Virus record (IMG/VR): IMGVR_UViG_3300013426_000013
Location: 61,580 to 125,579 of that record
DNA: 64,000 nt
Source of the DNA: a virus
Taxonomy: Duplodnaviria; Heunggongvirae; Uroviricota; Caudoviricetes
Reading direction: 5' to 3' (one strand)
The notes below the pieces were generated by a model. The model saw nothing but the letters and a program-made list of their open reading frames with translations. It was not told where the DNA came from and ran no database searches. Both the position numbers and the translations under genes were made by a program. Shown here one piece after another: positions 17,418-26,815 of this stretch. The stretch's first letter is position 1. Every line of letters begins with the position of its first letter.

Positions 17418-17489
17418 TTTTAACTATTCCTCGATTTGTGGCTGTTTTGGTTATAGATCGAGGAATTTTTCATATGTGAGGAAAATAAA

Positions 17490-17696
17490 ATGAGTAAAAA
17501 GAAAAAGCAAAAAGTAATTCACAGAGATTTTATTGCTAAAGATCTAATGACAAACAAATATAGGCAGCGTGTAGTTCCAAATAAGAAAAAGAGATTAAAG
17601 AAGTTTGATTGGAAAAAACAAAAAGACGATGACAGAATCATTGATTGTTTGATGGTTGTGTCATCGTCTTTTTGTTTATTTGAACCCTCGTTTTAA
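17490..17696 (+). CDS. small highly basic protein (Lys/Arg-rich)
   Basis: 68 aa with a strong RBS GAGGAAAATAAAATG. The 3' end overlaps a 15-bp perfect inverted repeat (AAAAAGACGATGACA ... TGTCATCGTCTTTTT) that likely acts as a terminator. The real stop may be earlier. Confidence 0.35.
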   Translation: MSKKKKQKVIHRDFIAKDLMTNKYRQRVVPNKKKRLKKFDWKKQKDDDRIIDCLMVVSSSFCLFEPSF

Positions 17697-18713
17697 AAAT
17701 GTATTAAATGTTTTTTGTTTATCTTCTTTTGACATTGCTAAAATTTCTTTTGTTCTTTTTAAAACAATATTTTTGTTTTCGATATCAAGTTTATTTATTA
17801 TTTGTAAAAGATCATCGTCTAATTTGTTGTTGCATGACTCATTAAAATTAAACAATTTCTTTAAACATTTATCAAAAATCCAAAAATATTTTTCATCAAT
17901 ATAATCAGATTTCATTAATGCTTTGCAATTTTTACAAACTTCTTCATATGAGTTAAAATTTGTATCCATCTGCCGCATACCATAAATATAAGATATCAAG
18001 AATGCTTCTTTTTCAGTGACACAGTTGTAGTAATGTTCAGGATTTTCAGACGTTGATATGCTCGCATCACTATTCAGATCATATTTATCGTTACTGCATT
18101 TATTGTGCAAAATTTGCATAACATGTTGAAACTCATGAACATATTTATGATTATGAAACCCTTCGTATTGAATTCTTTTAATCATGGCTTCAATATAGTC
18201 AACTGGTTTCTTATCAATAATTTGTTGTTCAGTTAGTCCAGCTTGTTCACCCCAATCTTCGAAGCTCCAAGCTTCAACAAATTCATTAATTGATATAACT
18301 ATTTTATCTTTTAGATCGTAGGTAACCCCAAAGTAGTTGCTTTTTCCAGGTATTCTTTTGAAAACAATGTTGCATAGAATCGGTAGGACGTCATTGTTTT
18401 GCAGATGATTTTCATATTCTTTAGCATTTCTACAGAAGAAGTTATATTGTGGCACTTTGTTAACGAAAACATCAAAAGATTGAATGTTACATTTACGAAC
18501 TTTTTCTTGAAGCTTTCTTAATTCGTTGACACAGTCGTCAATAAAAGCATATGATAGTTTTAATCGTTGCGAAACAAAAGGTCTGTCAGCAATATATTCT
18601 TCCACGTTTTCATTAACTAATTGATAAAATCGAGGAAAACGTGCTAAACGTTGTTGCTTAACCTTTTCAAAAAGTTCCCAATCAAGTTCAACTTCAGAGA
18701 ATTCATCTAGCAT
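17676..18713 (-). CDS. HExxH-motif protein (putative zinc metallopeptidase)
   Basis: 345 aa containing KYVHEFQHVMQILHN (HExxH followed by H). Confidence 0.55.
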   Translation of the reverse strand: MLDEFSEVELDWELFEKVKQQRLARFPRFYQLVNENVEEYIADRPFVSQRLKLSYAFIDDCVNELRKLQEKVRKCNIQSFDVFVNKVPQYNFFCRNAKEYENHLQNNDVLPILCNIVFKRIPGKSNYFGVTYDLKDKIVISINEFVEAWSFEDWGEQAGLTEQQIIDKKPVDYIEAMIKRIQYEGFHNHKYVHEFQHVMQILHNKCSNDKYDLNSDASISTSENPEHYYNCVTEKEAFLISYIYGMRQMDTNFNSYEEVCKNCKALMKSDYIDEKYFWIFDKCLKKLFNFNESCNNKLDDDLLQIINKLDIENKNIVLKRTKEILAMSKEDKQKTFNTFLKRGFK

Positions 18714-18773
18714 TTGTTTAGTGTCTTTATTTTTTTATAAAACAAAGAACTAAAATCAGTGTGCTGAATAAAC

Positions 18774-20096
18774 TTAATCTTCACCGTTTGCGTAAATAAA
18801 ATAAAAACCTTGTCTTGTTGTATCAGTAGTAAAAGTTGCTGAAGAATCTATTCCCAAAATTATAGAATCACCTTCTAAAACAGGCAGCATTGCACAAACT
18901 TCAGTATTGTTTCCTTTAGCACAACTAAAAGATTTTGTATGCTTCGCCCTCATTTCCAGTACAAACCATGAACCTTCTTTTGAACATATAAAATTACCAA
19001 TGAACCACCCGTTTGCAGGTGCTAAATAAGTCGTCCCATTTGAACCTAAAGTTAAGTGAATAGATTTTCCTGATGGCATTGTCATGCCAGATATATCTGA
19101 ACGTGCATAGATATTTATAGATGAAGCAATTTCTGGTTCAAAGGATGTTATTTTAAAATTTGCATTTGTTGCAATGTTTGTTGCAATTATAATCTCTTTT
19201 GAATTTGACCAAACACCTGAACCATTGCTTCTAAATGTTTCGTTTGTTTCTGGTTTGTACCATACAGAATCAGTATAGACAGGTTGACTGTTTTGAATAA
19301 AATATCTAGCTGTTCGGATTAATGCACCGGATTCATGAATGGATAAAGGTTGCCTATCTGGATCTTTAACGTTGTAACCGTATTGTGTGGTTGCAACTTT
19401 ATCGAATGTTTTTGTTATTGATTTAAATGTACCATCTGAATTTCTACCATCAGCAAATTGGTATTTTACACCTGGTAAAGCAAATGCTGTCGAACCAATA
19501 TATCCAAATCCATTAAACACTTGGTCGATTGATTTAAGACCGCCATCGGTTAAGCCCGAAGCTGAAGGAGAATCCTCTGTCGCTATACAAAATGGAAAAG
19601 TTACATTTGTGTCATAACCATCAATGCCATTATGTAATTTAATGCGATTTTCTGTTGTATCATACCATATATACCAGTTATCTGTTGGTTGTGTAGTCCC
19701 TGAAAAAAAGTTCGCGGCTACACTCCATTCAATATGATCTTTTTCATTAAAAGAATACACAACTATAACTCCAGAGCGGCCAACACCATATCTTAAATCT
19801 GTAATTGTATCTTGTGTGATGATAGAAGAAAATTTTGGTGTAACACCATCAGCTTCAAACCCATCAGGGTACCAGATTTTTGAACCTGCCTTTAGAACTA
19901 ACTGTTTATTATCATCCAGCTCGACTTTAATATTTTGCGGAATTTCAAGAATTCGGTTCGTCGTATAGTTCAACAAATTGAGTTGTAATTTATCATCAAC
20001 GCTATCATTAGTAGCATAATCACCAATGTCTTGTTTATTTAGTAAAGTTTGTGGTAATTGGTTTACTGTTGTTTGTTTAATTGTAAAACTCGACAT
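18774..20096 (-). CDS. tail-fibre-like structural protein, paralog A
   Basis: 440 aa. The N-terminal ~100 aa (LNYTTNRILEIPQNIK ... LKAGSKIWYPDGFEADGVTPKF) are paralogous to 61272-62525 and 62611-63909. RBS AAGAGGTG. A GTCGTACGA element lies ~45 nt upstream. Confidence 0.6.
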   Translation of the reverse strand: MSSFTIKQTTVNQLPQTLLNKQDIGDYATNDSVDDKLQLNLLNYTTNRILEIPQNIKVELDDNKQLVLKAGSKIWYPDGFEADGVTPKFSSIITQDTITDLRYGVGRSGVIVVYSFNEKDHIEWSVAANFFSGTTQPTDNWYIWYDTTENRIKLHNGIDGYDTNVTFPFCIATEDSPSASGLTDGGLKSIDQVFNGFGYIGSTAFALPGVKYQFADGRNSDGTFKSITKTFDKVATTQYGYNVKDPDRQPLSIHESGALIRTARYFIQNSQPVYTDSVWYKPETNETFRSNGSGVWSNSKEIIIATNIATNANFKITSFEPEIASSINIYARSDISGMTMPSGKSIHLTLGSNGTTYLAPANGWFIGNFICSKEGSWFVLEMRAKHTKSFSCAKGNNTEVCAMLPVLEGDSIILGIDSSATFTTDTTRQGFYFIYANGED

Positions 20097-20137
20097 TTTG
20101 CACCTCTTATGACTAATGATAGTTAAAGAACTTTAAG

Positions 20138-20147
20138 TCGTACGAAC
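20138..20147. promoter_or_regulatory. GTCGTACGA(A/C) palindromic late-promoter-like element, copy 1
   Basis: TTTAAGTCGTACGAACAA, ~45 nt upstream of the minus-strand fibre gene start. The same core occurs 9 times in total, always in front of structural genes. Confidence 0.5.
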
Positions 20148-20177
20148 AATTTGACTTGTAAATTTTATAAAACTACT

Positions 20178-20186
20178 CGTACGACT
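20178..20186. promoter_or_regulatory. TCGTACGAC element, copy 2
   Basis: CTCGTACGACTCG, ~45 nt upstream of the plus-strand glycine-rich pseudogene at 20231. Confidence 0.45.
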
Positions 20187-20230
20187 CGATGTTCTTGAGT
20201 GTAAGAGTTTTAATTAGAAGGAAATTTTAC

Positions 20231-20548
20231 ATGCCAATTTTTAAAGGAAGTACTCGACTCTCCGGTAAAGAGATAAATCTCAACATGTTTATGCCGGATT
20301 ATTCAAAAGGTTTTGCAATTACAGCGCCATACACGTGTACACAACGTGGTTTAGTTTGGTGCTGACAAGTCTCCTCAAATAGAGACACTTGGCTTTTAGT
20401 AAACAATATAGAAGTAGCAAGAATGTACGATTTAGGGGATTCAGGCTCATGTGGTGGTAACGGTTATGCATGGGTTTCTGTTGGCGATGTAATATCGATT
20501 CGTGGAACCGCACCCACTATTTTAAGGTTTTACCCAATGAAGGCATAA
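20231..20548 (+). pseudogene. degenerate, frameshifted remnant of a glycine-rich structural paralog
   Basis: The first frame gives MPIFKGSTRLSGKEINL... (compare MPIYKGNKSIS at 61108), stopping after 44 aa. A second frame continues GDSGSCGGNGYAWVSVGDVISIRG, resembling the Gly-rich family core. Confidence 0.4.
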
Positions 20549-20621
20549 ACAAATTTCTTGAAAAAGTTTGTGTTTTATGATAACTTAAGTTCAATGATTT
20601 CGAAATGAAAGGTTGAACTGA

Positions 20622-20942
20622 ATGGATTATGATATTTTAGCATTGTCACCTGATTATGCTCGAATTTGGAATGTGCCTAATTTTTTGTTAGCGGCCTGTT
20701 TATTGTCTTGTATTTATTTAACTGTTTATCTAATAAAATTTCAAGAGAGATTGGTTGAGACAAATAAATATAAATTTTTATTTTATATTTTAATAGTCAC
20801 TGTAATTGATGCTACTTTTTTATTTATGTGCTACAAAAGGTTGTCATTTGATGACATTTTTGCGATGATTGTCCTTGCGCCTTTAGTTTATTTCTTTAAA
20901 GAAATGTTTTTTGAAATTTTTGAATATAAGAGAAACAAATGA
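20622..20942 (+). CDS. small membrane protein
   Basis: 106 aa with three predicted TM helices. RBS GAAAGG. Confidence 0.45.
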   Translation: MDYDILALSPDYARIWNVPNFLLAACLLSCIYLTVYLIKFQERLVETNKYKFLFYILIVTVIDATFLFMCYKRLSFDDIFAMIVLAPLVYFFKEMFFEIFEYKRNK

Positions 20943-21280
20943 GACATTTTTATTGGTTTGGTGGGTATATTAAAAAACGCAATAGTTGTCAACGTGTTGA
21001 ATTTATTGTATCCAAAGAAGAAGCGAAACTTTACAAATTTGTCGACTATAAGCTTGTTGAAGAAAAGAATTCGTCGTCAAAAGATTTATGGAGTGATGCA
21101 TCAAGTATGATTCAAAAAGCTGGTCATTGGAGTGACGAAGCGGATGCAGCTTTAGCTTTTAACGGTTATTTGTGGTCTGAAATTACAAGACAAGAATTTA
21201 ATGAAATTTATAAAGCTGGAACTGTAGAAGAAAAAGACTTGCGAATGATTTACTTGCAGTATTTGAAAGAAAAAGACTAA
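20939..21280 (+). CDS. hypothetical protein
   Basis: 113 aa, start overlapping the previous stop (ATGA). Confidence 0.45.
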   Translation: MRHFYWFGGYIKKRNSCQRVEFIVSKEEAKLYKFVDYKLVEEKNSSSKDLWSDASSMIQKAGHWSDEADAALAFNGYLWSEITRQEFNEIYKAGTVEEKDLRMIYLQYLKEKD

Positions 21281-22245
21281 TGTCAAATAATAAACTAATT
21301 GATTGGTGGTTTCGGCAGTTTGATATCTCTAATGAAGAGATGAAGCTATTAAAATCATATGAAACAGATTTTGAAACAAAAGATGTTGAGTACTTTTATG
21401 ATTATGTAAAAGAAAAAGCATTGTCTATGCTTCCTGTACGTACATTTAATTATAATGTTCATTTTGACACGTGTGCGACAAATATTATTGATTGGTTATT
21501 TCAACAATTTGTAGATGATGATACATTAGTCATTACTACAATGAGCGAGCATCCGTCAGTTAAAAAGAATCTTGAGAAATGCAAGAATGTATTGTACATA
21601 TGTTGCAACGGTAAAGTTATTGAAGACTTTTACAAGAAATCAGAACAAATTCGTAATTTTAAAAGGGTTTTTGTTTATAGCATAGCATTGTCTGTAGGTG
21701 ATTGTCAAATTACGTTTAATGATATTATGAAAGATTTAAAACGTGATTTAGATTTGAGGCATATTCAATCTGTGTTTGTATTGGATGCAGTGCAAGAGTT
21801 GTTTATGCTACCGCGTGATTATGCGCTGTATGATTATGTTATAGGTACAGCACACGCGTTTGTAACACAATATGATACTGGTATTTTGTTTAGTAGAGAA
21901 TATGTTGAATCAACGAAAGAGTGCTTATCACGTGGAAATCAGTATTTAGATTTGTTATCTATTTTGATTAGAAATAAAGAGAAATTATATCAATTTAAGT
22001 ATGTGATGACACAAGTGTTTGGAAGTTATTTAGCAACAGACAACGCCTTAAGTGTTACGGAAAATGGTCCTTATGTATTTAATTTGGTTGATAAAAAGAA
22101 TAGATTGATTGGCATTACAGAAGCTGATCCTATTGCACAGCCTGAAAATACAAACGCAACTTTACGAGCATGTGAATCTTTACTAGATAAAGAAAAATTC
22201 ATCAATAAAGTTGAAACTATCAAATATTTATTATCGGAGAATTAA
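21280..22245 (+). CDS. cysteine-desulfurase-like (class V aminotransferase fold) protein lacking the PLP lysine, paralog 1
   Basis: Motifs TTMSEHPSV (compare IscS ITSxxEHxAV), LDAVQELF (compare VDAAQSVG) and DYVIGTAHAFVTQYDTGILF, which aligns with SufS/IscS [20 protein letters not shown] except that the Schiff-base Lys is Ala. About 320 aa, shorter than IscS. Confidence 0.55.
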   Translation: MSNNKLIDWWFRQFDISNEEMKLLKSYETDFETKDVEYFYDYVKEKALSMLPVRTFNYNVHFDTCATNIIDWLFQQFVDDDTLVITTMSEHPSVKKNLEKCKNVLYICCNGKVIEDFYKKSEQIRNFKRVFVYSIALSVGDCQITFNDIMKDLKRDLDLRHIQSVFVLDAVQELFMLPRDYALYDYVIGTAHAFVTQYDTGILFSREYVESTKECLSRGNQYLDLLSILIRNKEKLYQFKYVMTQVFGSYLATDNALSVTENGPYVFNLVDKKNRLIGITEADPIAQPENTNATLRACESLLDKEKFINKVETIKYLLSEN

Positions 22246-22247
22246 TA

Positions 22248-23108
22248 ATGTCTGATGAATTAGAAACTATTAACATTTTTGATTATGATAAATTTGATTG
22301 GAGTAGACTTGAAACACATTCAATATCAGGAATTAAAACTACGTCTAAAGAAGATGAAGATAGTTTTGTTAAGAGGTATTGTTTAAAAGAAGCTAAAGTT
22401 GTTATTGAACCTGATACTTTTCCTTATGATATAAAACAAGATTCAATTGGAATAGTTTATAGCGGCGGTTATGATTCAACTGTTTTAATGCTTAAAGCGT
22501 TGTTGAATGGTGAAACAGTGAAACCAATCATCTTTAATTTTGCACAAGATGATATAATTAAAGCAATTAATTTATCTGTTTTGAAGAAAAGGTTTGGCAA
22601 TAAATTATTAAAGCCTATTTGGTTTGGGTTGTTTGGCCTACAAGAAGGAATGTGTGGAAAGCAGTGTACACAACAGTTGATGATTCATAATAATTTGACA
22701 TATCTATCTGATGGCGTCTTGAAAAACTTAAAAGAAATTCAGATTGGGTATGTAATGAATGATGATGCTGTTTCTTTTCAAGAAGAATTTAAAAGTGTAG
22801 TATCAACAAGCTTTAAGATTCAAAATAAAAAGAACGTTCCTGTTACCTATCCTTTAATTCAAAAGCACAAATACTGTATTGATGATTTTATTGCACAGCA
22901 TTTAGGAAAGAATCATTTATGTTTGTCATGCGAATCACCAAACTTTAACTATTACAAAGATTCAGAAGCATTATATGTTGTTACAAAAGTTTGTCATTGT
23001 TGTCATTCTTGTTTCCAATCTAAATATTTAAAACTAAATTTTTATAATGATAGTGACAATTTAGTTTTAGCAACACGTATTCCTTTTGTAAAAAATTTTT
23101 GTTTTTGA
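22248..23108 (+). CDS. PP-loop ATP pyrophosphatase (QueC/TtcA/ThiI-like)
   Basis: 286 aa with the N-terminal PP-loop IVYSGGYDSTVLM (SGGxDS) and a C-terminal Cys cluster CLSCES ... VCHCCHSC resembling a QueC Zn site or TtcA Fe-S site. Confidence 0.65.
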   Translation: MSDELETINIFDYDKFDWSRLETHSISGIKTTSKEDEDSFVKRYCLKEAKVVIEPDTFPYDIKQDSIGIVYSGGYDSTVLMLKALLNGETVKPIIFNFAQDDIIKAINLSVLKKRFGNKLLKPIWFGLFGLQEGMCGKQCTQQLMIHNNLTYLSDGVLKNLKEIQIGYVMNDDAVSFQEEFKSVVSTSFKIQNKKNVPVTYPLIQKHKYCIDDFIAQHLGKNHLCLSCESPNFNYYKDSEALYVVTKVCHCCHSCFQSKYLKLNFYNDSDNLVLATRIPFVKNFCF

Positions 23109-23148
23109 TACTATAAACAATAATAAACTAATTGATGCTAGGTGCTTA

Positions 23149-23913
23149 ATGATTTTTGCAGATACAGAAACAACAGATTTAACAGATCCTAAAATTTGTT
23201 CAATTGCAATGATTAAGGTTGATTGTAAAGGTAATGTAATAGAAACATTGTCGGAATTAATTAACCCTGAAAAAGAAGTATCACCTGAAGCTAGTAATGT
23301 TAACGGATTTACTTTAGAAACATTGTCAAAGTATAAAACATTTAAAGAATTAGCAGATGAGATTATTCAATTCGTTGGTGACGATATTGTTGTATTTCAT
23401 AATGCTAATTATGACATGAGTGTATTGAACAAAGAATTTGCATGTTGTGATAAAACAGTTAATTGGAAAATTTTAGACACTTTGCGTTTGTCATACGATG
23501 TTTTGAATAGTCAACATAAACATGTAAAACATAACTTGAATGCATTAGTGAATTATTATGGTTTGACGAATTTACGTGATAATAAACATGATTCATTAAT
23601 TGATACGCTAATGTTAAAAGATGTTTATTACAAATTAATTGATGATTACAAACGAATTAAAAACACAAAAGATTTCTGGACACGTAATGGTTTAATCGAG
23701 CTAGCATCATATAAGCGCTCTAAAGTGTGTATTGCAGGTATTGGCTATAAACTTGATGATGTCACAAAAACAAAAAAATATTGGCGAGGTTATGTTTGGC
23801 TAAAAGATTCTGATGTGATCGAACCTATTTATACAAACAGAATAACTTTTAATACACGTGATGGTAAATTAACATTTTATTTAGATTCAGTTTCTATTTT
23901 AAAAATAAAATAG
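23149..23913 (+). CDS. DnaQ-like 3'-5' exonuclease (DEDDh)
   Basis: Exo I IFADTETTDL, Exo II VVFHNANYDMSVL, Exo III KHDSLIDTLM. Confidence 0.75.
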   Translation: MIFADTETTDLTDPKICSIAMIKVDCKGNVIETLSELINPEKEVSPEASNVNGFTLETLSKYKTFKELADEIIQFVGDDIVVFHNANYDMSVLNKEFACCDKTVNWKILDTLRLSYDVLNSQHKHVKHNLNALVNYYGLTNLRDNKHDSLIDTLMLKDVYYKLIDDYKRIKNTKDFWTRNGLIELASYKRSKVCIAGIGYKLDDVTKTKKYWRGYVWLKDSDVIEPIYTNRITFNTRDGKLTFYLDSVSILKIK

Positions 23914-23916
23914 TTG

Positions 23917-23945
23917 TTGACAATGTTTTATTTTCGATATAGTAT
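23917..23945 (+). promoter_or_regulatory. sigma70-like promoter TTGACA-N17-TAGTAT
   Basis: TTGACA at 23917-23922, upstream of the 23975 gene. Confidence 0.45.
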
Positions 23946-23974
23946 ATAACTATATTTGATAGGTAAGGTGTGAT

Positions 23975-24394
23975 GTGATGCAATTGGTTTTGGCAAAAGA
24001 AGAAATGAAGCAAGTGACAAAGTTGCGTAATTTGTTTAAAGGACTGTACGTTAGATGTTTCATGTCTATCGCAGTTGAAAACACTGATGTTGTTCGTGTG
24101 TTAAGTAAACAAAATCGAGCTACACAAGGAAATTGGTGGCGGGATCATCACAAAGCAAGTCAAGAACGTGAAATGTTAAATGTCTTTTATTTTAGTGACA
24201 GTGACAACGTAAGCATTGAATTAAAGGCAACTTTTGATAATAAAGAGTTTAATTTTTCGATTGTTGTCCCTATTAATGAATTAAGGCAAATTACAAAACA
24301 AACAAATTTAAGCGATTTAATTATTAAACCTGATTTTCATTGTGTTTTTGTTACTTTAAAAAATATTGGTGAAGTAGCTTTAGAAACTATTTAG
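23975..24394 (+). CDS. small protein, CTM family; ends IGEVALETI
   Basis: 139 aa with a canonical C-terminal motif. Confidence 0.55.
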   Translation: MMQLVLAKEEMKQVTKLRNLFKGLYVRCFMSIAVENTDVVRVLSKQNRATQGNWWRDHHKASQEREMLNVFYFSDSDNVSIELKATFDNKEFNFSIVVPINELRQITKQTNLSDLIIKPDFHCVFVTLKNIGEVALETI

Positions 24395-24403
24395 GTATGT
24401 GTC

Positions 24404-24709
24404 ATGATTGAACCTATTACAGAAAATTTGAGATTATTAATGAATTTGGTCAGTCAAAAGTTTTCGAACTTCGTTGATTGGAATGAGAAAGACGCTGCGA
24501 TTGATTCAAAATATTTGACCGTTAAAAATGTTTCTATAACAAATGGTTTTACAGGATTTGAACTAGATATACAAATCACATTGGCAGAGTTAATGCTAAT
24601 CACTGAAGATACAAAAGAAAATCAAATATTATTTGACTATAATAAAGAGTCTCATTTTCTTGAAGTGTCATTTAAAGATATAGGTGCGCAAACATTGGAG
24701 TGCGTGTAA
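24404..24709 (+). CDS. small protein, CTM family; ends IGAQTLECV
   Basis: 101 aa with a C-terminal motif. Confidence 0.5.
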   Translation: MIEPITENLRLLMNLVSQKFSNFVDWNEKDAAIDSKYLTVKNVSITNGFTGFELDIQITLAELMLITEDTKENQILFDYNKESHFLEVSFKDIGAQTLECV

Positions 24710-25059
24710 TGACTGTGTATGAGAAGTTTGAAACGCAAACAATGCAAATTGTTAAATCTTTAGATGGTAAAATTTTTAAAGATGAAAACGAATGTGAGTA
24801 CAAACTCGAAACTAAAGATGTTAAATATTCAATTGATTTAGTTGATACTTGGGCGGATTCTGATTTTTACTATATAAAGTTGTTTGCTGAAAGACAATAT
24901 TCTCTTTTGAAACAAAAGGAGATGTTTTATTTCAAAGTTTTGATTGATGGTTTTAACAATTGGCAAAAAGGAGATGTTTTAACTTTCAAATCTTGCAAGC
25001 GTCATTTCATTGATATGTCTATAGAAACTGTTGGGTGTGCATGCTTAAGTGAAATTTAA
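24700..25059 (+). CDS. small protein, CTM family; ends VGCACLSEI
   Basis: 119 aa with a C-terminal motif. Confidence 0.5.
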   Translation: MRVMTVYEKFETQTMQIVKSLDGKIFKDENECEYKLETKDVKYSIDLVDTWADSDFYYIKLFAERQYSLLKQKEMFYFKVLIDGFNNWQKGDVLTFKSCKRHFIDMSIETVGCACLSEI

Positions 25060-25119
25060 ACATATTGATAAGCGTTTGATTTTAATGTAGCATATATTGA
25101 CGAAAGAAGTGAGGAAAAA

Positions 25120-25563
25120 ATGAGAATTTTCGTAGTGCCGAGAAAATATATTAAGATGTATTCTTTTAAAGATATGTTTTTTAAATATAATAATTTCATT
25201 TCTATTGGTGAACAGGAGGGTTATGAAGGTGTACCTGTAAACACAAAAAATGTTTTAAAGCTTGTTTTTGATGATATGTCAGATAAAGAAACTGACGGCA
25301 TTTTGTTTAATGAAAAGCACGCAAAACAAATTAAAGAGTTTGTTGACAAAATTGATCACAGCAAAACGTTGTATGTTAATTGTTTTGCAGGAATTTCTCG
25401 AAGTGGTGCTGTAGGAACTGTCATTAATGATTATGTAAATTGTTATCTGAATGATTGTAAAAAGAATGAAGATTGGTTTGCTTTTTTTGATGATAACAAA
25501 CAGATTAAACCTAATGCATATGTTATGCGTGTTTTGAATAAAGAGTTCGGTTTATCATATTGA
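25120..25563 (+). CDS. Cys-based (CX5R) dual-specificity-type phosphatase
   Basis: 147 aa with VNCFAGISRSGAVGTVINDYV, matching the HCxAGxxRS(G) P-loop signature of DSP/PTP phosphatases. RBS GAGGAAAAAATG. Confidence 0.7.
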   Translation: MRIFVVPRKYIKMYSFKDMFFKYNNFISIGEQEGYEGVPVNTKNVLKLVFDDMSDKETDGILFNEKHAKQIKEFVDKIDHSKTLYVNCFAGISRSGAVGTVINDYVNCYLNDCKKNEDWFAFFDDNKQIKPNAYVMRVLNKEFGLSY

Positions 25564-25862
25564 TGATGAAGGTAAATAGCATGAAATTGTGTAAAAGTAA
25601 ATTTAAAGAAAAGGCCAATTATTTTTATCTTGATGCTGTTGATTACGTTAATGCTATTGATTTGAACAATTTTGTGATCCCTGAAAAGGTAGAGTTTACA
25701 TCAATCAAACAAATGGTTGAATATGCAATGGAATTAGTACCTGCTACTGCATTAGAGTCTTTTGCCAGTTTTCATTATATCAAAAATGATGTAATGAAAG
25801 AAGAAATTGCAATGTTGTTCAAATACGACAATAGTGGAAATTTACAAACATTTAAATGCTAA
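25560..25862 (+). CDS. hypothetical protein
   Basis: 100 aa, start overlapping the previous stop. Confidence 0.4.
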   Translation: MMMKVNSMKLCKSKFKEKANYFYLDAVDYVNAIDLNNFVIPEKVEFTSIKQMVEYAMELVPATALESFASFHYIKNDVMKEEIAMLFKYDNSGNLQTFKC

Positions 25863-26215
25863 ACCATTGAAATTGTTATATATCCATCACCAGATTTAAA
25901 TCTTTGAGTGTGTTTTACGTTCGTACATAAATCTGGGTTTGTGTATGAAGAACCACCTCCGCCGCCAGCACTACAAGTACCAACTTTTTTAACTAACCCA
26001 CTATCGCCGCCACCGCCGCCACCAACAACAGTAATTGTTAATGATAATAATTCTTTAGGTAAAGTGAAGCTATATGTTCCTGCTGCATTAAAAATTTTGT
26101 TTTCTGTCGTCTGAACTTTAGTGACATAAACAAGTGTCGATCCTTTATATATGCGTCTTGCTTTTTTGCTATTTGCGTTAATGATGCTGATGTTTGTAGT
26201 TTTGAAAAGTGACAT
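25859..26215 (-). CDS. glycine-rich structural protein family, member
   Basis: 118 aa with a TYSFTLPKELLSLTITVVGGGGGGDSG core shared with 49592, 49981, 60455 and 48962. A GTCGTACGA element lies ~50 nt upstream, at 26265. Confidence 0.55.
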   Translation of the reverse strand: MSLFKTTNISIINANSKKARRIYKGSTLVYVTKVQTTENKIFNAAGTYSFTLPKELLSLTITVVGGGGGGDSGLVKKVGTCSAGGGGGSSYTNPDLCTNVKHTQRFKSGDGYITISMV

Positions 26216-26264
26216 TTTAATAACTTTATGTAATTTATAAATAATCTATTTTAAGAACATAAAG

Positions 26265-26273
26265 TCGTACGAT
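26265..26273. promoter_or_regulatory. GTCGTACGA element, copy 3
   Basis: CATAAAGTCGTACGATAAATTTG, upstream of the minus-strand gene 25859-26215. Confidence 0.45.
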
Positions 26274-26282
26274 AAATTTGTA

Positions 26283-26335
26283 TGCGGGCAAAAATAAAGC
26301 CGCACATATTGTACGGCTTTATCATTTTATTGAAG
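26283..26335. terminator. bidirectional rho-independent terminator
   Basis: AAAGCCG ... CGGCTTT hairpin with flanking T/A runs, downstream of the minus gene ending at 26343. Confidence 0.5.
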
Positions 26336-26342
26336 TAATCAA

Positions 26343-26702
26343 TCACACTTCAAAAACGTAAGGAACTTCATCCTCGCGAATTTCAAAGATTTTATCATAT
26401 GTTTTGACATAACCTTGTTCAACCAGGTATTCAACAAAACCATAGAAGGGTGATTTAGCATCTTTTAACAATGCGTCTTTATACATTTTTCTTAAGTTGA
26501 AATCTTTAACAACAAGAAAAGTTGTGTGTTTTGCATCAGCATCATTATCAGCGAATTCGTTTAGTTCGATTAACTCACCAGCATGACAATCGAAACCTTC
26601 AGGTTCATAAGTATCCCAATCACGTTCAATAGCGTCTTCATTTAAGAATGAACGAACGAATTTACGATATGATTCTTCGAGATTAATTTTGGAATCAGAC
26701 AT
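26343..26702 (-). CDS. hypothetical acidic protein
   Basis: 119 aa with no motif. The terminator follows directly. Confidence 0.5.
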   Translation of the reverse strand: MSDSKINLEESYRKFVRSFLNEDAIERDWDTYEPEGFDCHAGELIELNEFADNDADAKHTTFLVVKDFNLRKMYKDALLKDAKSPFYGFVEYLVEQGYVKTYDKIFEIREDEVPYVFEV

Positions 26703-26815
26703 TGTTTTAGCCTATATTAAGTTGCAACTAAATAAAGAACAATATTTAAGATAATCAGCTTGACTTTACATTTTAATTTTGCTAATATTTCTTTACAAAC
26801 TAATGGAGAACTAAT

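Noticed and set aside
17656-17904. 82-aa plus-strand ORF overlapping the start of minus-strand gene 17676-18713
   Set aside because: It overlaps the terminator hairpin and the 3' end of the HExxH gene on the opposite strand, is hydrophobic low-complexity, and has no RBS.
20319-20513. 64-aa minus-strand ORF
   Set aside because: It lies antisense within the degenerate glycine-rich pseudogene region, which is better explained as decay of a plus-strand paralog.
25908-26114. Plus-strand ORF encoding poly-proline (PPPPPALQVP ... SPPPPPPTT)
   Set aside because: It is the antisense reading of the poly-glycine (GGN)n tract of the minus-strand glycine-rich gene 25859-26215 and is not independent. The same holds for 60750-60938 versus 60455-61108 and 49603-49791 versus 49592-49852.
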